IMG/VR virus record: IMGVR_UViG_3300047388_000292
Coordinates: 1-64,000 of that record
Reading direction: 5' to 3' (one strand)
Length of the DNA stretch: 64,000 nt
Origin: a virus
The translations under genes were made by a program, and so were the position numbers. Of the stretch, positions 26,567-35,489 are shown one piece after another. Below the pieces are notes generated by a model. It saw nothing but the letters and a program-made list of their open reading frames with translations. It had not been told where the DNA came from and did not search any database. Numbering within the stretch: the first letter of the stretch is position 1; each line of letters opens with the position of its first letter.

Positions 26567-26755
26567 CTATCGCATCCGATCCAGACACGGCCATCTGTGA
26601 ACCCACCTGGCGTCTCTGCCATATCCATCAACAACAATTCCCTTACCTCGCTGCCCACACACACAACAATTAGGTGCGTCTGCATTCCAAACAACTTGCA
26701 TGCCAATCGAGTAATTGAACGAAGTTGTCGTTGTGAGGGAGGGATAAATCTGCAT
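26567..26755 (-). CDS. small Cys/His protein
   Basis: CCVCG...HRWPC. Confidence 0.45.
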   Translation of the reverse strand: MQIYPSLTTTTSFNYSIGMQVVWNADAPNCCVCGQRGKGIVVDGYGRDARWVHRWPCLDRMR

Positions 26756-26760
26756 TCAAA

Positions 26761-27974
26761 TCACTCCCAAGGATCTCCTGGATCATCCGGTAGCTCACGA
26801 ATCTGTTTCATCCCTGGAAGATCTGGCTGCGCATACTCAATCGATCTAGCCACTGCACGACGGCTAGCACGCATAAACGCGGTGTCTGCTACTTCATCAA
26901 TACGTTTGCGATCAGCTTCACTCATCGTTGCTTCTTCCTTCAGCCGGTCGTACATCTCCTCAACCTGTTCGAATACATCAGAGATGTTGATCTTCTCCGG
27001 ATCGAAGTCTTTGGTATATAGCGCACCGATGTGAGCGAGCCGTCGCTTGTCTATCTCCTCGGCAGCCTGACGACGCTTCCAAGCGTCCATTGCAGCTAGC
27101 ACACGTCGGTAGGGCCACTCGAGTAATTCCTCGATCGTCTCTGGATGTGATCCGCTGTACTCCTCGAGGAATTCGATCGCTGTCAGTCCTCTTCGGGCGG
27201 CTGGAGCCTCTTCCTCTCCGCTGCCAACCTCCGTGCCCACCTGCGCAGTCGCTCGCGAAAAAAACGTTCGAGCTCCTCGTAATTCTGATGGATGAAGACA
27301 TCCATCATCTCCTCGCCCTCATTCATTGAAAGCCCTCCCTCGTCCATTGGGCGACTCCAGATCTCTATAACCGCGAGACGCTCGCGTGGTGGAACTCGAA
27401 GCCAGATGCACTGAGCCTCAGCGAGAATCTCCGGAGCATAAGACGCAAGCTTTGCGAACCCGCGCACAAAAGAGTCAACGCCGGCGAAATCACCTTGAGT
27501 GAAGTCGATTGCCAACTTTCCACTGTCGTCAAAAGAGACCATGTCAGGAACAGACATAAGACTAGGAAGATCCTGGGTTGAGATCCCCTCGGGCCCGCTC
27601 ATAAGCTCGTCGAGCTTACGTCCGAGCAGCCCTGTGAACTGCATCATCGCGAGATACGAGAGCGGTTTCTGGACGTATGTCGCCTCGAATGGCTCCTCAA
27701 CATCGACGATCTGCCGTCCTTGGCGACGCTTGCCGTAAAGCATCCCTGAAACTTTCCACGCTCGCTCTGGGACTTCCTTGAGCACATCGTCGAGATCGGC
27801 ATTGGAGGCAGGAACATCATCAACTGGCTCATCGACGTCCTGCTCCTCAGCAAACGCTTCCAGAGCTTCGGTGTTGAGCGCTGAAGGACGCATTGACTCT
27901 TCCGATACCGGAACTTCCTGAATATCTTTGTCTTGGATCTCGGTAGTGCTCATGTCCATCTCCTCTTGGGTCAC
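26761..27974 (-). CDS. tail assembly chaperone, long -1 frameshifted form (G-T)
   Basis: Slippery T7 (CGT TTT TTT CGC) at 27258-27264 joins ORF 27183..27974 to ORF 26761..27240. Confidence 0.85.
27183..27974 (-). CDS. tail assembly chaperone, short form (G)
   Basis: Acidic 263-aa ORF upstream of the tape measure, carrying the slippery site. Confidence 0.8.
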   Translation of the reverse strand: MTQEEMDMSTTEIQDKDIQEVPVSEESMRPSALNTEALEAFAEEQDVDEPVDDVPASNADLDDVLKEVPERAWKVSGMLYGKRRQGRQIVDVEEPFEATYVQKPLSYLAMMQFTGLLGRKLDELMSGPEGISTQDLPSLMSVPDMVSFDDSGKLAIDFTQGDFAGVDSFVRGFAKLASYAPEILAEAQCIWLRVPPRERLAVIEIWSRPMDEGGLSMNEGEEMMDVFIHQNYEELERFFRERLRRWARRLAAERKRLQPPEED

Positions 27975-28510
27975 GCGAGGCTCTTTAGCTCTCGCTCAAA
28001 TATCTCGACGTCAGCGGGCAAAGCCGAGAACATCTCTTCATAGGTCCGACACCCGAACTCAGCGCCTTCCTGACCAGCAACGGAGTGTCGGAAGACTGTG
28101 TCTCCGAACATCCCCTCGAAACGCATCACCTTCCTCGTTGCGGGAGTGATCTGGTGTGGTTCCTCACCAAAGATCCCGGTCCCGCGGTCCTTGAAGATCG
28201 GATAGTCGGCCTGGTCGGAATCTCCAGACGTGAAGCTCCTACGACCAGAGTCGATCGGCGGGATCCCTACGGCGCCATGGATCATGTCGCCAGCAGAAAT
28301 GACCGGGTGACGACCAACGTGCTCCTCGAGGTCCCCTGTGGTCCCGTAGTCGCCCGTGATCGACTCGGCGACGTTCACCCGCAACAGACCCTCACCCTGC
28401 TCGGTCACGCGGTCTACAAGGCGCTCGAGCAACGCATGAACCGCCAGCGCCGTGAGGGCGTCGGTGTTCGACTCAATTCGAACTACGAGATCTGCTAGGG
28501 CGTCGTCCAC
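27971..28510 (-). CDS. HK97 gp10-like neck/tail-completion protein
   Basis: TGDL, DRGTGIFG...ITP..RKVMRF...VFRHSVAGQ. Confidence 0.65.
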   Translation of the reverse strand: MDDALADLVVRIESNTDALTALAVHALLERLVDRVTEQGEGLLRVNVAESITGDYGTTGDLEEHVGRHPVISAGDMIHGAVGIPPIDSGRRSFTSGDSDQADYPIFKDRGTGIFGEEPHQITPATRKVMRFEGMFGDTVFRHSVAGQEGAEFGCRTYEEMFSALPADVEIFERELKSLA

Positions 28511-28604
28511 GGGCGGGTACAGTCGAATAGACCTATCCGCACGGGGGCGCCTGCGCCTTCCACCCGATGCTTGTCCTACAGACTAGCGCTTCTCACGCAA
28601 AGCG

Positions 28605-29129
28605 CTAATTGCCCATAACATTTGCGATGCACTGCTCGCGCCACGCCAGGTAGCCGTTCGGATCCGGGTCGCGGAGCACATCCCCGAACTTCGCCATCAG
28701 CCAGTGCTGGAACGGGTACTCGTGCTCAGGGCCGAGGTTGAAGTCTTTCAGCAAGATGGGGACGGCATGCCGCACGGTGACGTAAAGCGGTCCAACGACC
28801 TCGCCGTCCTGGTCGGCGGACTTGGTGATCTCCTCCCGCATCATCCGGTTCAGCTTACGAACCTGCGCCTCCCGCGGGCTCGGATCATGCCACTGACGGC
28901 GCCGGTCTCTCGCCGTTGACCGCGCAGGATGGCGGTGTTGACGCTTTTGCTGAACGCGACGCTCCCTGCGATTTGCCCGCTCTGCGGGTCCGGTCGCACT
29001 GGCAAGGAGCTTCACGACCGCCCGAGCCCTGTTCGGCGCTTCATCCTTCAGACGGCGAAGCAGATCCTCATACTGCGCACGAGTGACCGTGACATCTGTC
29101 TTATATGGGTTCCTCTCCTGCTTCGGCAT
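28605..29129 (-). CDS. hypothetical protein
   Basis: 174 aa, Arg-rich middle, abuts the spike gene. Confidence 0.5.
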   Translation of the reverse strand: MPKQERNPYKTDVTVTRAQYEDLLRRLKDEAPNRARAVVKLLASATGPAERANRRERRVQQKRQHRHPARSTARDRRRQWHDPSPREAQVRKLNRMMREEITKSADQDGEVVGPLYVTVRHAVPILLKDFNLGPEHEYPFQHWLMAKFGDVLRDPDPNGYLAWREQCIANVMGN

Positions 29130-32100
29130 TTACGAGAGGACCTCGATGATCACATACCCTGAACCGCCGTTACCGCCGTTGCCGCCTGCCCCTGGTGCCC
29201 CACCGTTCCACGCACCACCACCACCGCCGCCGCCGCCACCACCTGTGTTCGCCGATGCGCTTGCTCCATTCCCCCCGGCTGCCGTGCCAGACCCACCAGC
29301 TCCAACGCTTCCTACCGCTGCCGAAAGGCTGCCTGCGCCTCCGCCTAGTCCGCCCAGGGTGGCGCTGGTCGGGCCTCCACCTCCACCACCGCTGCCGGTC
29401 TGGCCGAACGGATCACCGCTACCGTCGCCAATGGTCGAGCTGGCGTAGCCGCCTTGTCCGGCTGACGGCTGGCTACTCGCTGCGCCAGTCCCTCCACCTT
29501 GAGCGCCCCAAAGGCGCGAGTTGACGAGGCCAGAGCTATTGGCACCGCCCCCCGCCCCGGGGCCACCGCCGTAAGCTCGTACCGTTGTGGCTCCGATCGC
29601 GACCGTGGTCGCGGAGCCGCCGTTTCCTGGGCTGCCCGCGCTACCAGAGGCTCCTCCGCCGGTCCCTCCGCCCGCTCCTGCGCCTGTGCCACCTGCGCCG
29701 ATGGTTACATTTGCCGTTGTCGCTGAGCCTACCGGCACGATTTGCGACACAAATGTCCCGGAGCAGCCGCCGGATCCGCCGACTTGTGTGGCAGTGCCGC
29801 CTGAGACGCCACCTCCGGCACCCTGCCCGCCGCCGCCTATGGCGGTAACACGTACCAGGGTCGCGCCTGCGGGTAATGGCCAGGATCCGTTCGAGGCCGT
29901 GAGCAGGAAGACGTCGCCGCCCGCGTGCGTGTCATCGACGTTCCCGCGAGCGAACCGGAACGTGCCCTGAGAAGCGCTGGCCGTGTAGCCGTGAAACTCA
30001 CAGTTGACCATTGCCACGGTGCTGTTGCTGGTCACGTCTGTCCTGACCCCGCATTGCATAGTGTGGACTGCGCGGTCGTCCACGGCGACGCACGATTCCA
30101 TCTTGTTCGTTACCCCGCTCATGGCGACCCAGTAGTAACCGTAGTAACCCGTGACACCATCGTCTGCGCAGTTGTAGACACGGCAGTGGGCTAACGTTAT
30201 GTCATTGTTGCCCTGGATCCAGATGCCGTGGCCGCCCGACCATTCCGACACTAGGTGGTGAATATCCAACCATCCGCAGTATTGGATCAGCACAAGGCTC
30301 TGCGTGTTAGTCGCACCACCGTCCTGGTAGACGCGGTTGTGCGCGAAAGTGCTGTGAATCACCTGCGAGAGATACAGCGAGTAGTTGCCTGGCGCGGTTG
30401 ACGTGCAATGGATGGTGTTATGCGACGCGTCAACATGCCGCCACGGCAATCCCAAAGTGATCGTGACGGTACCGCTGGCGGTCGCATTGAGACTCATCGT
30501 CCATGTGGCGGTCGTCGCCCCCGATACGAGATATGACCCTTGGGCGATGCCGGTGCCAATGAGCTGCGCGTAAGTCATGTTCACGCTCTGCGTGCCGGTG
30601 ATGCTGGTGATAGTCGGCGAGCCGTTCGTCGTCGTGCCGGTCACAGTTACGGTACCGGAGGTGATGACAAAAGCCAACTGTTGCGCGGTGATCACGTTGC
30701 CGATCACTTCGACCTCGCTCGCGGCTAAGCCCAGGCCGCGGCCGTTGCTCGTCGTTGAATCGAGGATGTTGCCCTGAATGATTATCTTGCGGCCGAACCA
30801 CGGGTCGAGCTGGGTGGCGCCCGCGAACCCACCGATGAACATTGCGTAGGAGCCGATGCCGACGCAGTTGTTGACGCAGATGTTGTTTGCAACGATGAAC
30901 TGCGAGTATTCGGTCGCGGCGGTGGTGGAAAGCTCGAATTGGATCGCAGCACTGCCGCCGGTTCCGGTCACGGAGCAGTTGTTGCCGATGATCTCCCCTC
31001 GCACCTCGGTGGTGCTCACCGACCCCGTGGTGACAAAGGTGATGCACTCGGTCGCGCAGTTCTCAATGTAGTTGCCGATGGCGTAGCAATGTTGCATGTG
31101 AAGCCCGACAGTGGCGCGCGCCCCGAAAGCAATCGCGTTGTTCTCCGCAACAGTGCAGATCACGCCGGTGAACCGGCAGTACAGAGCGTGCGCCCGAGTA
31201 CAGTTCTCCAGCTCAAGTACCGCAGCGGTCCAGTTCGACACCTGCACCTCGGCGACGAAGATGTCGGAGTTCTGGTTGGCTGAACTGCACCAGATGACCG
31301 CATGCTGCTGTGTTCCGGTTTCGAGCTGGGTGCCGGGGAAGGTGCCTCCGCGCAGGCCCCAGTTTGACACGCCAGCCTGCGGAACCTGGCCACCCCATAC
31401 GCCACCGTAGCCTGCTTTGAATTTCATGTGGACCGTGACGCCCCGCAGATCCCAGGCCACGTTCGACTTTGGCACAAGACCACCAACGATGTACTGGGCG
31501 CCGATGACCCCTATGATCGTCCCGCCGCCATGCGCAGACACGGCATCCTCGGCCGCTTGCCACGCCGCAGTGTCGTCCGTTCCAAATTTCACAGTCGCGC
31601 CACTCGCGACGGTCGTGCTGGCGTTCGCTGGCGTGCCGCCGCCTTGAGTCGTGACGAGGCTCGCGACGTTCCCGGCGACGGTGCTGATGTACCCGTACAG
31701 CATTCCTCCGGCCGTGCCAGCGCCTACAACCATGACGTACTGGCCTGCGTTCGCGGCAGTCGTCCAACCTGCGGTAGCTGACGAGACGGTGTTGGTGCCC
31801 GACGTGATCGCGCCGTCCGCGACGACCTTGGCGTCTCCCTTCGCGTTCCACGGAGCTTGAGCAACAGAGACGATCTCGCGTAACGCCGGAGCGGTGATCG
31901 TGCTCGACCCCATAACCTGGGTACGGCCAAACGCATCGGTCCCGCTCGCGGTCACCGCCGAGGATGGAAGCTGCGGCGTCCAGTTCACGAACGTCGTGTC
32001 GGTCGCCGGGTCATGCCCGATGTTGCCGTTGGCGTTGGAGGTGTAAAGCGCGCCGCTACGGGACACCCACGCGCCCTGGGCGTAGGTTGTGCCGACTAGC

Positions 32101-32450
32101 CAGGGAACGATCGTGCCGGTGGGACCGGGCGGGCCGGATAGCCCGGTCGGTCCTTGTGGTCCGAAAGCGGTCGAAAGTTCAAGCCCAGTTCCTGAACTGA
32201 TTACAAATGCATCATCAGCAGGATTGCCGGTGAGAATTGCAGCTCTAGGACCAGTAGGTCCAGCTAATGCCGCTACAACTATGCCGGGCTGGAGATTTAG
32301 TCCATCTCCTACAGCAGCTTGATACTCGGCCGGGAGGAAATACCCCCACTGTCCAAGAGCTACAACACCTTGCGATGTTTGAATTGCAGCAGTGTTGCTC
32401 CTCGTCGGGTCAAGTAGACCTACGAAGGTATATATGGAACCGGCTGGCAC
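29130..32450 (-). CDS. tail spike/fibre: collagen-like + CBM5/12-like + pectate-lyase-like beta-helix + Gly-rich domain
   Basis: GPQGPTGLSGPPGPTG; WLVGTTYAQG..VSRSG.LY; AKGD...GTDDTAAWQAA; IIGNN repeats; GGGG-rich C-terminus. Confidence 0.8.
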   Translation of the reverse strand: MPAGSIYTFVGLLDPTRSNTAAIQTSQGVVALGQWGYFLPAEYQAAVGDGLNLQPGIVVAALAGPTGPRAAILTGNPADDAFVISSGTGLELSTAFGPQGPTGLSGPPGPTGTIVPWLVGTTYAQGAWVSRSGALYTSNANGNIGHDPATDTTFVNWTPQLPSSAVTASGTDAFGRTQVMGSSTITAPALREIVSVAQAPWNAKGDAKVVADGAITSGTNTVSSATAGWTTAANAGQYVMVVGAGTAGGMLYGYISTVAGNVASLVTTQGGGTPANASTTVASGATVKFGTDDTAAWQAAEDAVSAHGGGTIIGVIGAQYIVGGLVPKSNVAWDLRGVTVHMKFKAGYGGVWGGQVPQAGVSNWGLRGGTFPGTQLETGTQQHAVIWCSSANQNSDIFVAEVQVSNWTAAVLELENCTRAHALYCRFTGVICTVAENNAIAFGARATVGLHMQHCYAIGNYIENCATECITFVTTGSVSTTEVRGEIIGNNCSVTGTGGSAAIQFELSTTAATEYSQFIVANNICVNNCVGIGSYAMFIGGFAGATQLDPWFGRKIIIQGNILDSTTSNGRGLGLAASEVEVIGNVITAQQLAFVITSGTVTVTGTTTNGSPTITSITGTQSVNMTYAQLIGTGIAQGSYLVSGATTATWTMSLNATASGTVTITLGLPWRHVDASHNTIHCTSTAPGNYSLYLSQVIHSTFAHNRVYQDGGATNTQSLVLIQYCGWLDIHHLVSEWSGGHGIWIQGNNDITLAHCRVYNCADDGVTGYYGYYWVAMSGVTNKMESCVAVDDRAVHTMQCGVRTDVTSNSTVAMVNCEFHGYTASASQGTFRFARGNVDDTHAGGDVFLLTASNGSWPLPAGATLVRVTAIGGGGQGAGGGVSGGTATQVGGSGGCSGTFVSQIVPVGSATTANVTIGAGGTGAGAGGGTGGGASGSAGSPGNGGSATTVAIGATTVRAYGGGPGAGGGANSSGLVNSRLWGAQGGGTGAASSQPSAGQGGYASSTIGDGSGDPFGQTGSGGGGGGPTSATLGGLGGGAGSLSAAVGSVGAGGSGTAAGGNGASASANTGGGGGGGGGGAWNGGAPGAGGNGGNGGSGYVIIEVLS

Positions 32451-32462
32451 CGGCAGTCCAAA

Positions 32463-33452
32463 CTACGCGTACAGTTGCTCGACCCGCTCGCCGAATCGAG
32501 CATTCGGATCAGCGATGTTTGGGTCAGCGAAAGCACGGAAGACCTGTGGCAGCGTCTGTTGAGCACCGGTCTTGTCGAACGTCAGCCTAGATGCCTGCGG
32601 AGACCTCGTCACGATGCGGAAGAGGTGCGCGACAATACGCCCAGAAGAAGTCCCGATAGTCTTCTGCGCGATAACGGCTAGACGTCGCTGCGTGTAGAAG
32701 AGTGGCCCTCCCATAGGCAGATGGCGCTCGTTAGGAGACTGGGTTACGTCTGTGGTGATCGCTCCGCCTTCCCACGCGAGCTGAATGTTCTCGAGCGTGG
32801 TTTCGGCGAGTTGTGTAGTAACTGTCATCTCCCAGTTGTCAGGCAACGCAGTGATTGCCGTCAAGATCTGGTCAACGTCGATCATCGTCTCAGTGTTGTT
32901 CCGGTCGACGTGAACTCCAGCTTTCGTTGATCCGAGTTCAGTCCACGGAGCAACTGGATCAAATAATCCAAAGCCTGGTGTCGTGCGCACAATATTGACC
33001 AGAGGAGTCGTGCCGCCGGTCAGAGCCTGCAGAGAAGATGGAGCCTGAATCAGAGGCTGCGCAGTCAGCGCATTGTGCCCGGCGAATGTGACAACCATCG
33101 GAGTAGCGGGGAACGGTCCACCTGTAACCGTCACGCTGCTCGCGCCGTCCGGGTTGATCGACGCAAGAGCATTCAGAGCCGTCTGGACCTGCGTAGAAGT
33201 CGCACCAAACGGGATGTTCGCCGTAGCCAACGAGTTGAACGCAAGGACAAAGTTGCCACCTGACGGAGTCCCCGTCATCGTGATCGTCTGGACCTCAGTG
33301 GTATATGTCGAAGCGACGGTGTTCAGGTTGACGACCGACGTGAGATTGCCCGGATAGGCGGCGGTAATCGGAGCAATGAGGAGTCGTGCAGGGGCGCGAA
33401 TAAATCCGTCGCCGATAGGACTAACCCGCTGAAATGCGCCGGCAAGAGCCAT
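32463..33452 (-). CDS. major tail (tube) protein with inserted surface domain
   Basis: WTELGSTKAGV, IDVDQ, TQLAETTLENIQLAW; EVQT..GTPSGG insertion. Confidence 0.85.
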   Translation of the reverse strand: MALAGAFQRVSPIGDGFIRAPARLLIAPITAAYPGNLTSVVNLNTVASTYTTEVQTITMTGTPSGGNFVLAFNSLATANIPFGATSTQVQTALNALASINPDGASSVTVTGGPFPATPMVVTFAGHNALTAQPLIQAPSSLQALTGGTTPLVNIVRTTPGFGLFDPVAPWTELGSTKAGVHVDRNNTETMIDVDQILTAITALPDNWEMTVTTQLAETTLENIQLAWEGGAITTDVTQSPNERHLPMGGPLFYTQRRLAVIAQKTIGTSSGRIVAHLFRIVTRSPQASRLTFDKTGAQQTLPQVFRAFADPNIADPNARFGERVEQLYA

Positions 33453-33461
33453 CTATCGCTC

Positions 33462-33797
33462 CTAGTCGCTCGGTTGGGTAGGGGCGGACGGCTGTGACGA
33501 AGACGGAGACCCTAAAACAGAAGGAGGAGAAATGATCGCTGTCTGACCGCGATCTAGTTCGTCTGATTCATCTGAACCATCCGTCTTATCTAGCTCATCT
33601 GCTTCGTCTGAACCCTCTGACTCGACCTCAACCTCATAATGAGATGAGATCTGACGAAGTTCGTCGCCAGAGATCTCCATGAAATCAGGATTGCCACGAA
33701 CCAAGAGACGTTCCCTGCCTTCATCGTCCGGATTCAGGCGGATGTACTCAGTATTGTCACTTGGCGATGCGCCACCGATGAATCTAACCAGTGGCAC
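33462..33797 (-). CDS. small acidic virion-associated protein
   Basis: 111 aa; first gene after the late-type box. Confidence 0.55.
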   Translation of the reverse strand: MPLVRFIGGASPSDNTEYIRLNPDDEGRERLLVRGNPDFMEISGDELRQISSHYEVEVESEGSDEADELDKTDGSDESDELDRGQTAIISPPSVLGSPSSSQPSAPTQPSD

Positions 33798-33859
33798 TAA
33801 TGGTCCTCGCGGCCTTCACGGTAACTAGAAACGCTACGTGCGCGTGACTACTACGGCCT

Positions 33860-33886
33860 ATGGGTATTTTTACCCAGCGACTACTT
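33860..33886. promoter_or_regulatory. palindromic box, copy 1 (TGGGTA-N4-TACCCA-GCGAYTACTT)
   Basis: 25/27 identical to 49479-49505; upstream of the tail operon. Confidence 0.75.
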
Positions 33887-34571
33887 AGTAGCTAGCCAAC
33901 TGCACCGTGTAGCGAAGTCTTCTACCCATATATATCCAGTAGGGACCAGTTCGCTCACGATTATCTCCGGGAAGCGCAAATGGAAGTCCAGAGTTTTTAG
34001 TTGGCGGTCTCTGAAGAGTTTGTACGCGGCCACCAAAAGTGGGATCTCGACGTATGCACATATGAACGGCAGCAGACAATAGATGGACCTGCCGGTTCAC
34101 TTCTCCCTCGGCGTCGATCCCTGGTTGCCGACGCAGATCATCTTGATTCACAGGCCCTGCCTTACAGAGAATCTCGAGAGAAAGCTGGCAGTCGAGAGTG
34201 TCAAACTGATCAGCATCTGCTCCACGCGATGGTCCTACAACAGCGCATCGAGATGTGACCGAAGGCCAGAAGTCAGATGAAGACTGCATCAACGATGGAC
34301 GCGCACCAATAAAAAAGTTCTGTGGTGCAATGCGCTCTATGTGAACACCAACCGCTTGATACTTGACGCCGGCGGACCCGAGAGCCTGTGCGTATACCTG
34401 ATCCCGCTGCGTCCAAATTGTCTCTTGGCGTTTGCACTCATCCTCAAGATGAAGAACAACCTGCATCAACGCCGCACGCTCGATTACATACGCCTCGTCC
34501 CCGTGGACCGGAAACAGATGATCCGCATTTCCTCCTCCAGGCTGAACACTACTCGGAAAAACGCTCATCAA
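33885..34571 (-). CDS. tail terminator/neck-like protein
   Basis: Position upstream of the tail tube; IRRDPTFGG motif. Confidence 0.55.
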   Translation of the reverse strand: MMSVFPSSVQPGGGNADHLFPVHGDEAYVIERAALMQVVLHLEDECKRQETIWTQRDQVYAQALGSAGVKYQAVGVHIERIAPQNFFIGARPSLMQSSSDFWPSVTSRCAVVGPSRGADADQFDTLDCQLSLEILCKAGPVNQDDLRRQPGIDAEGEVNRQVHLLSAAVHMCIRRDPTFGGRVQTLQRPPTKNSGLPFALPGDNRERTGPYWIYMGRRLRYTVQLASY

Positions 34572-34577
34572 GCACTC

Positions 34578-35489
34578 TTACGGGAAAGGCCACGGTCCAG
34601 TCAACATTCCCCACCCTCTTCCGCCTGTCATGAGACCCTCAGTACGAAGAGGATTCCTTGTCACATACCCAGGATCGAGCAATCCGCTGAGAGTCGACGC
34701 CGGCAATGGTGTTACGGTGCGCATCGCCAGTCCGGGCTGGATCACCATCAGGTCGCGCCACTCCTGCGTGAGCTCGCGAACTAACCGCGGAGCAAGCTCT
34801 TTCAGCGACGCGATCATGTCCGGATAGGACGTGACCTCAGAGGTCTGCGTCGAGCTTGCTGTCTTCCACTGACGAGACCAGAACTCGATAGCCGGATTGA
34901 TGAGTTGGAGCGCAAGCCGCTTGGACAGATAATCGAGGAAGACAATCCCAAGCCCTGATTCGGAGTCCGGGGAGACCGTTGTCCCGAGCACGCGCCACTT
35001 GATCACCTCGGCCTGCTGCTGCAACCACAGGTCACCGAATCGCTCGTCTTTGCGCAACGCCGACAAAGTCAGCGGCATATGCGCTGTGACGCCCATGACG
35101 ATCATCCCAATCTGAGACCCAACTCCGGGTCCGTGATCTCCAATGTAGATCGGGAATTCCGGGGAATCCTTCGGCCCAAAACCAGGCAGAACGAACTGCC
35201 ACCAGGCCATGAAATCGCCTTCTCCAAGGGACGATATATCGGTAGTCAGCCAGTCATGGCGTACGTTGTTCCCGTCCTGATCAGTTGGATAGATCGTGAT
35301 TGCATTCGGTACTGATGGATTGATGACGGGGGCTCTCGAGATAAGTGGACGTACAAAGATCGACACAGTCGCCCCCGGAACCATTGCAATCACCTGACCG
35401 TTCAGAATGATCGAGTCGTAGATGCTTCCAGGTGCATCAATTGGAACAAAGACCGGCGTGCGTTGAGAGGGGATAGTACCCGGGCTCAT
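34578..35489 (-). CDS. head-to-tail adaptor-like protein with N-terminal BppU-like domain
   Basis: NVRHDW...GDFMAWWQF N-domain, then a helical domain; position in the neck module. Confidence 0.5.
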   Translation of the reverse strand: MSPGTIPSQRTPVFVPIDAPGSIYDSIILNGQVIAMVPGATVSIFVRPLISRAPVINPSVPNAITIYPTDQDGNNVRHDWLTTDISSLGEGDFMAWWQFVLPGFGPKDSPEFPIYIGDHGPGVGSQIGMIVMGVTAHMPLTLSALRKDERFGDLWLQQQAEVIKWRVLGTTVSPDSESGLGIVFLDYLSKRLALQLINPAIEFWSRQWKTASSTQTSEVTSYPDMIASLKELAPRLVRELTQEWRDLMVIQPGLAMRTVTPLPASTLSGLLDPGYVTRNPLRTEGLMTGGRGWGMLTGPWPFP

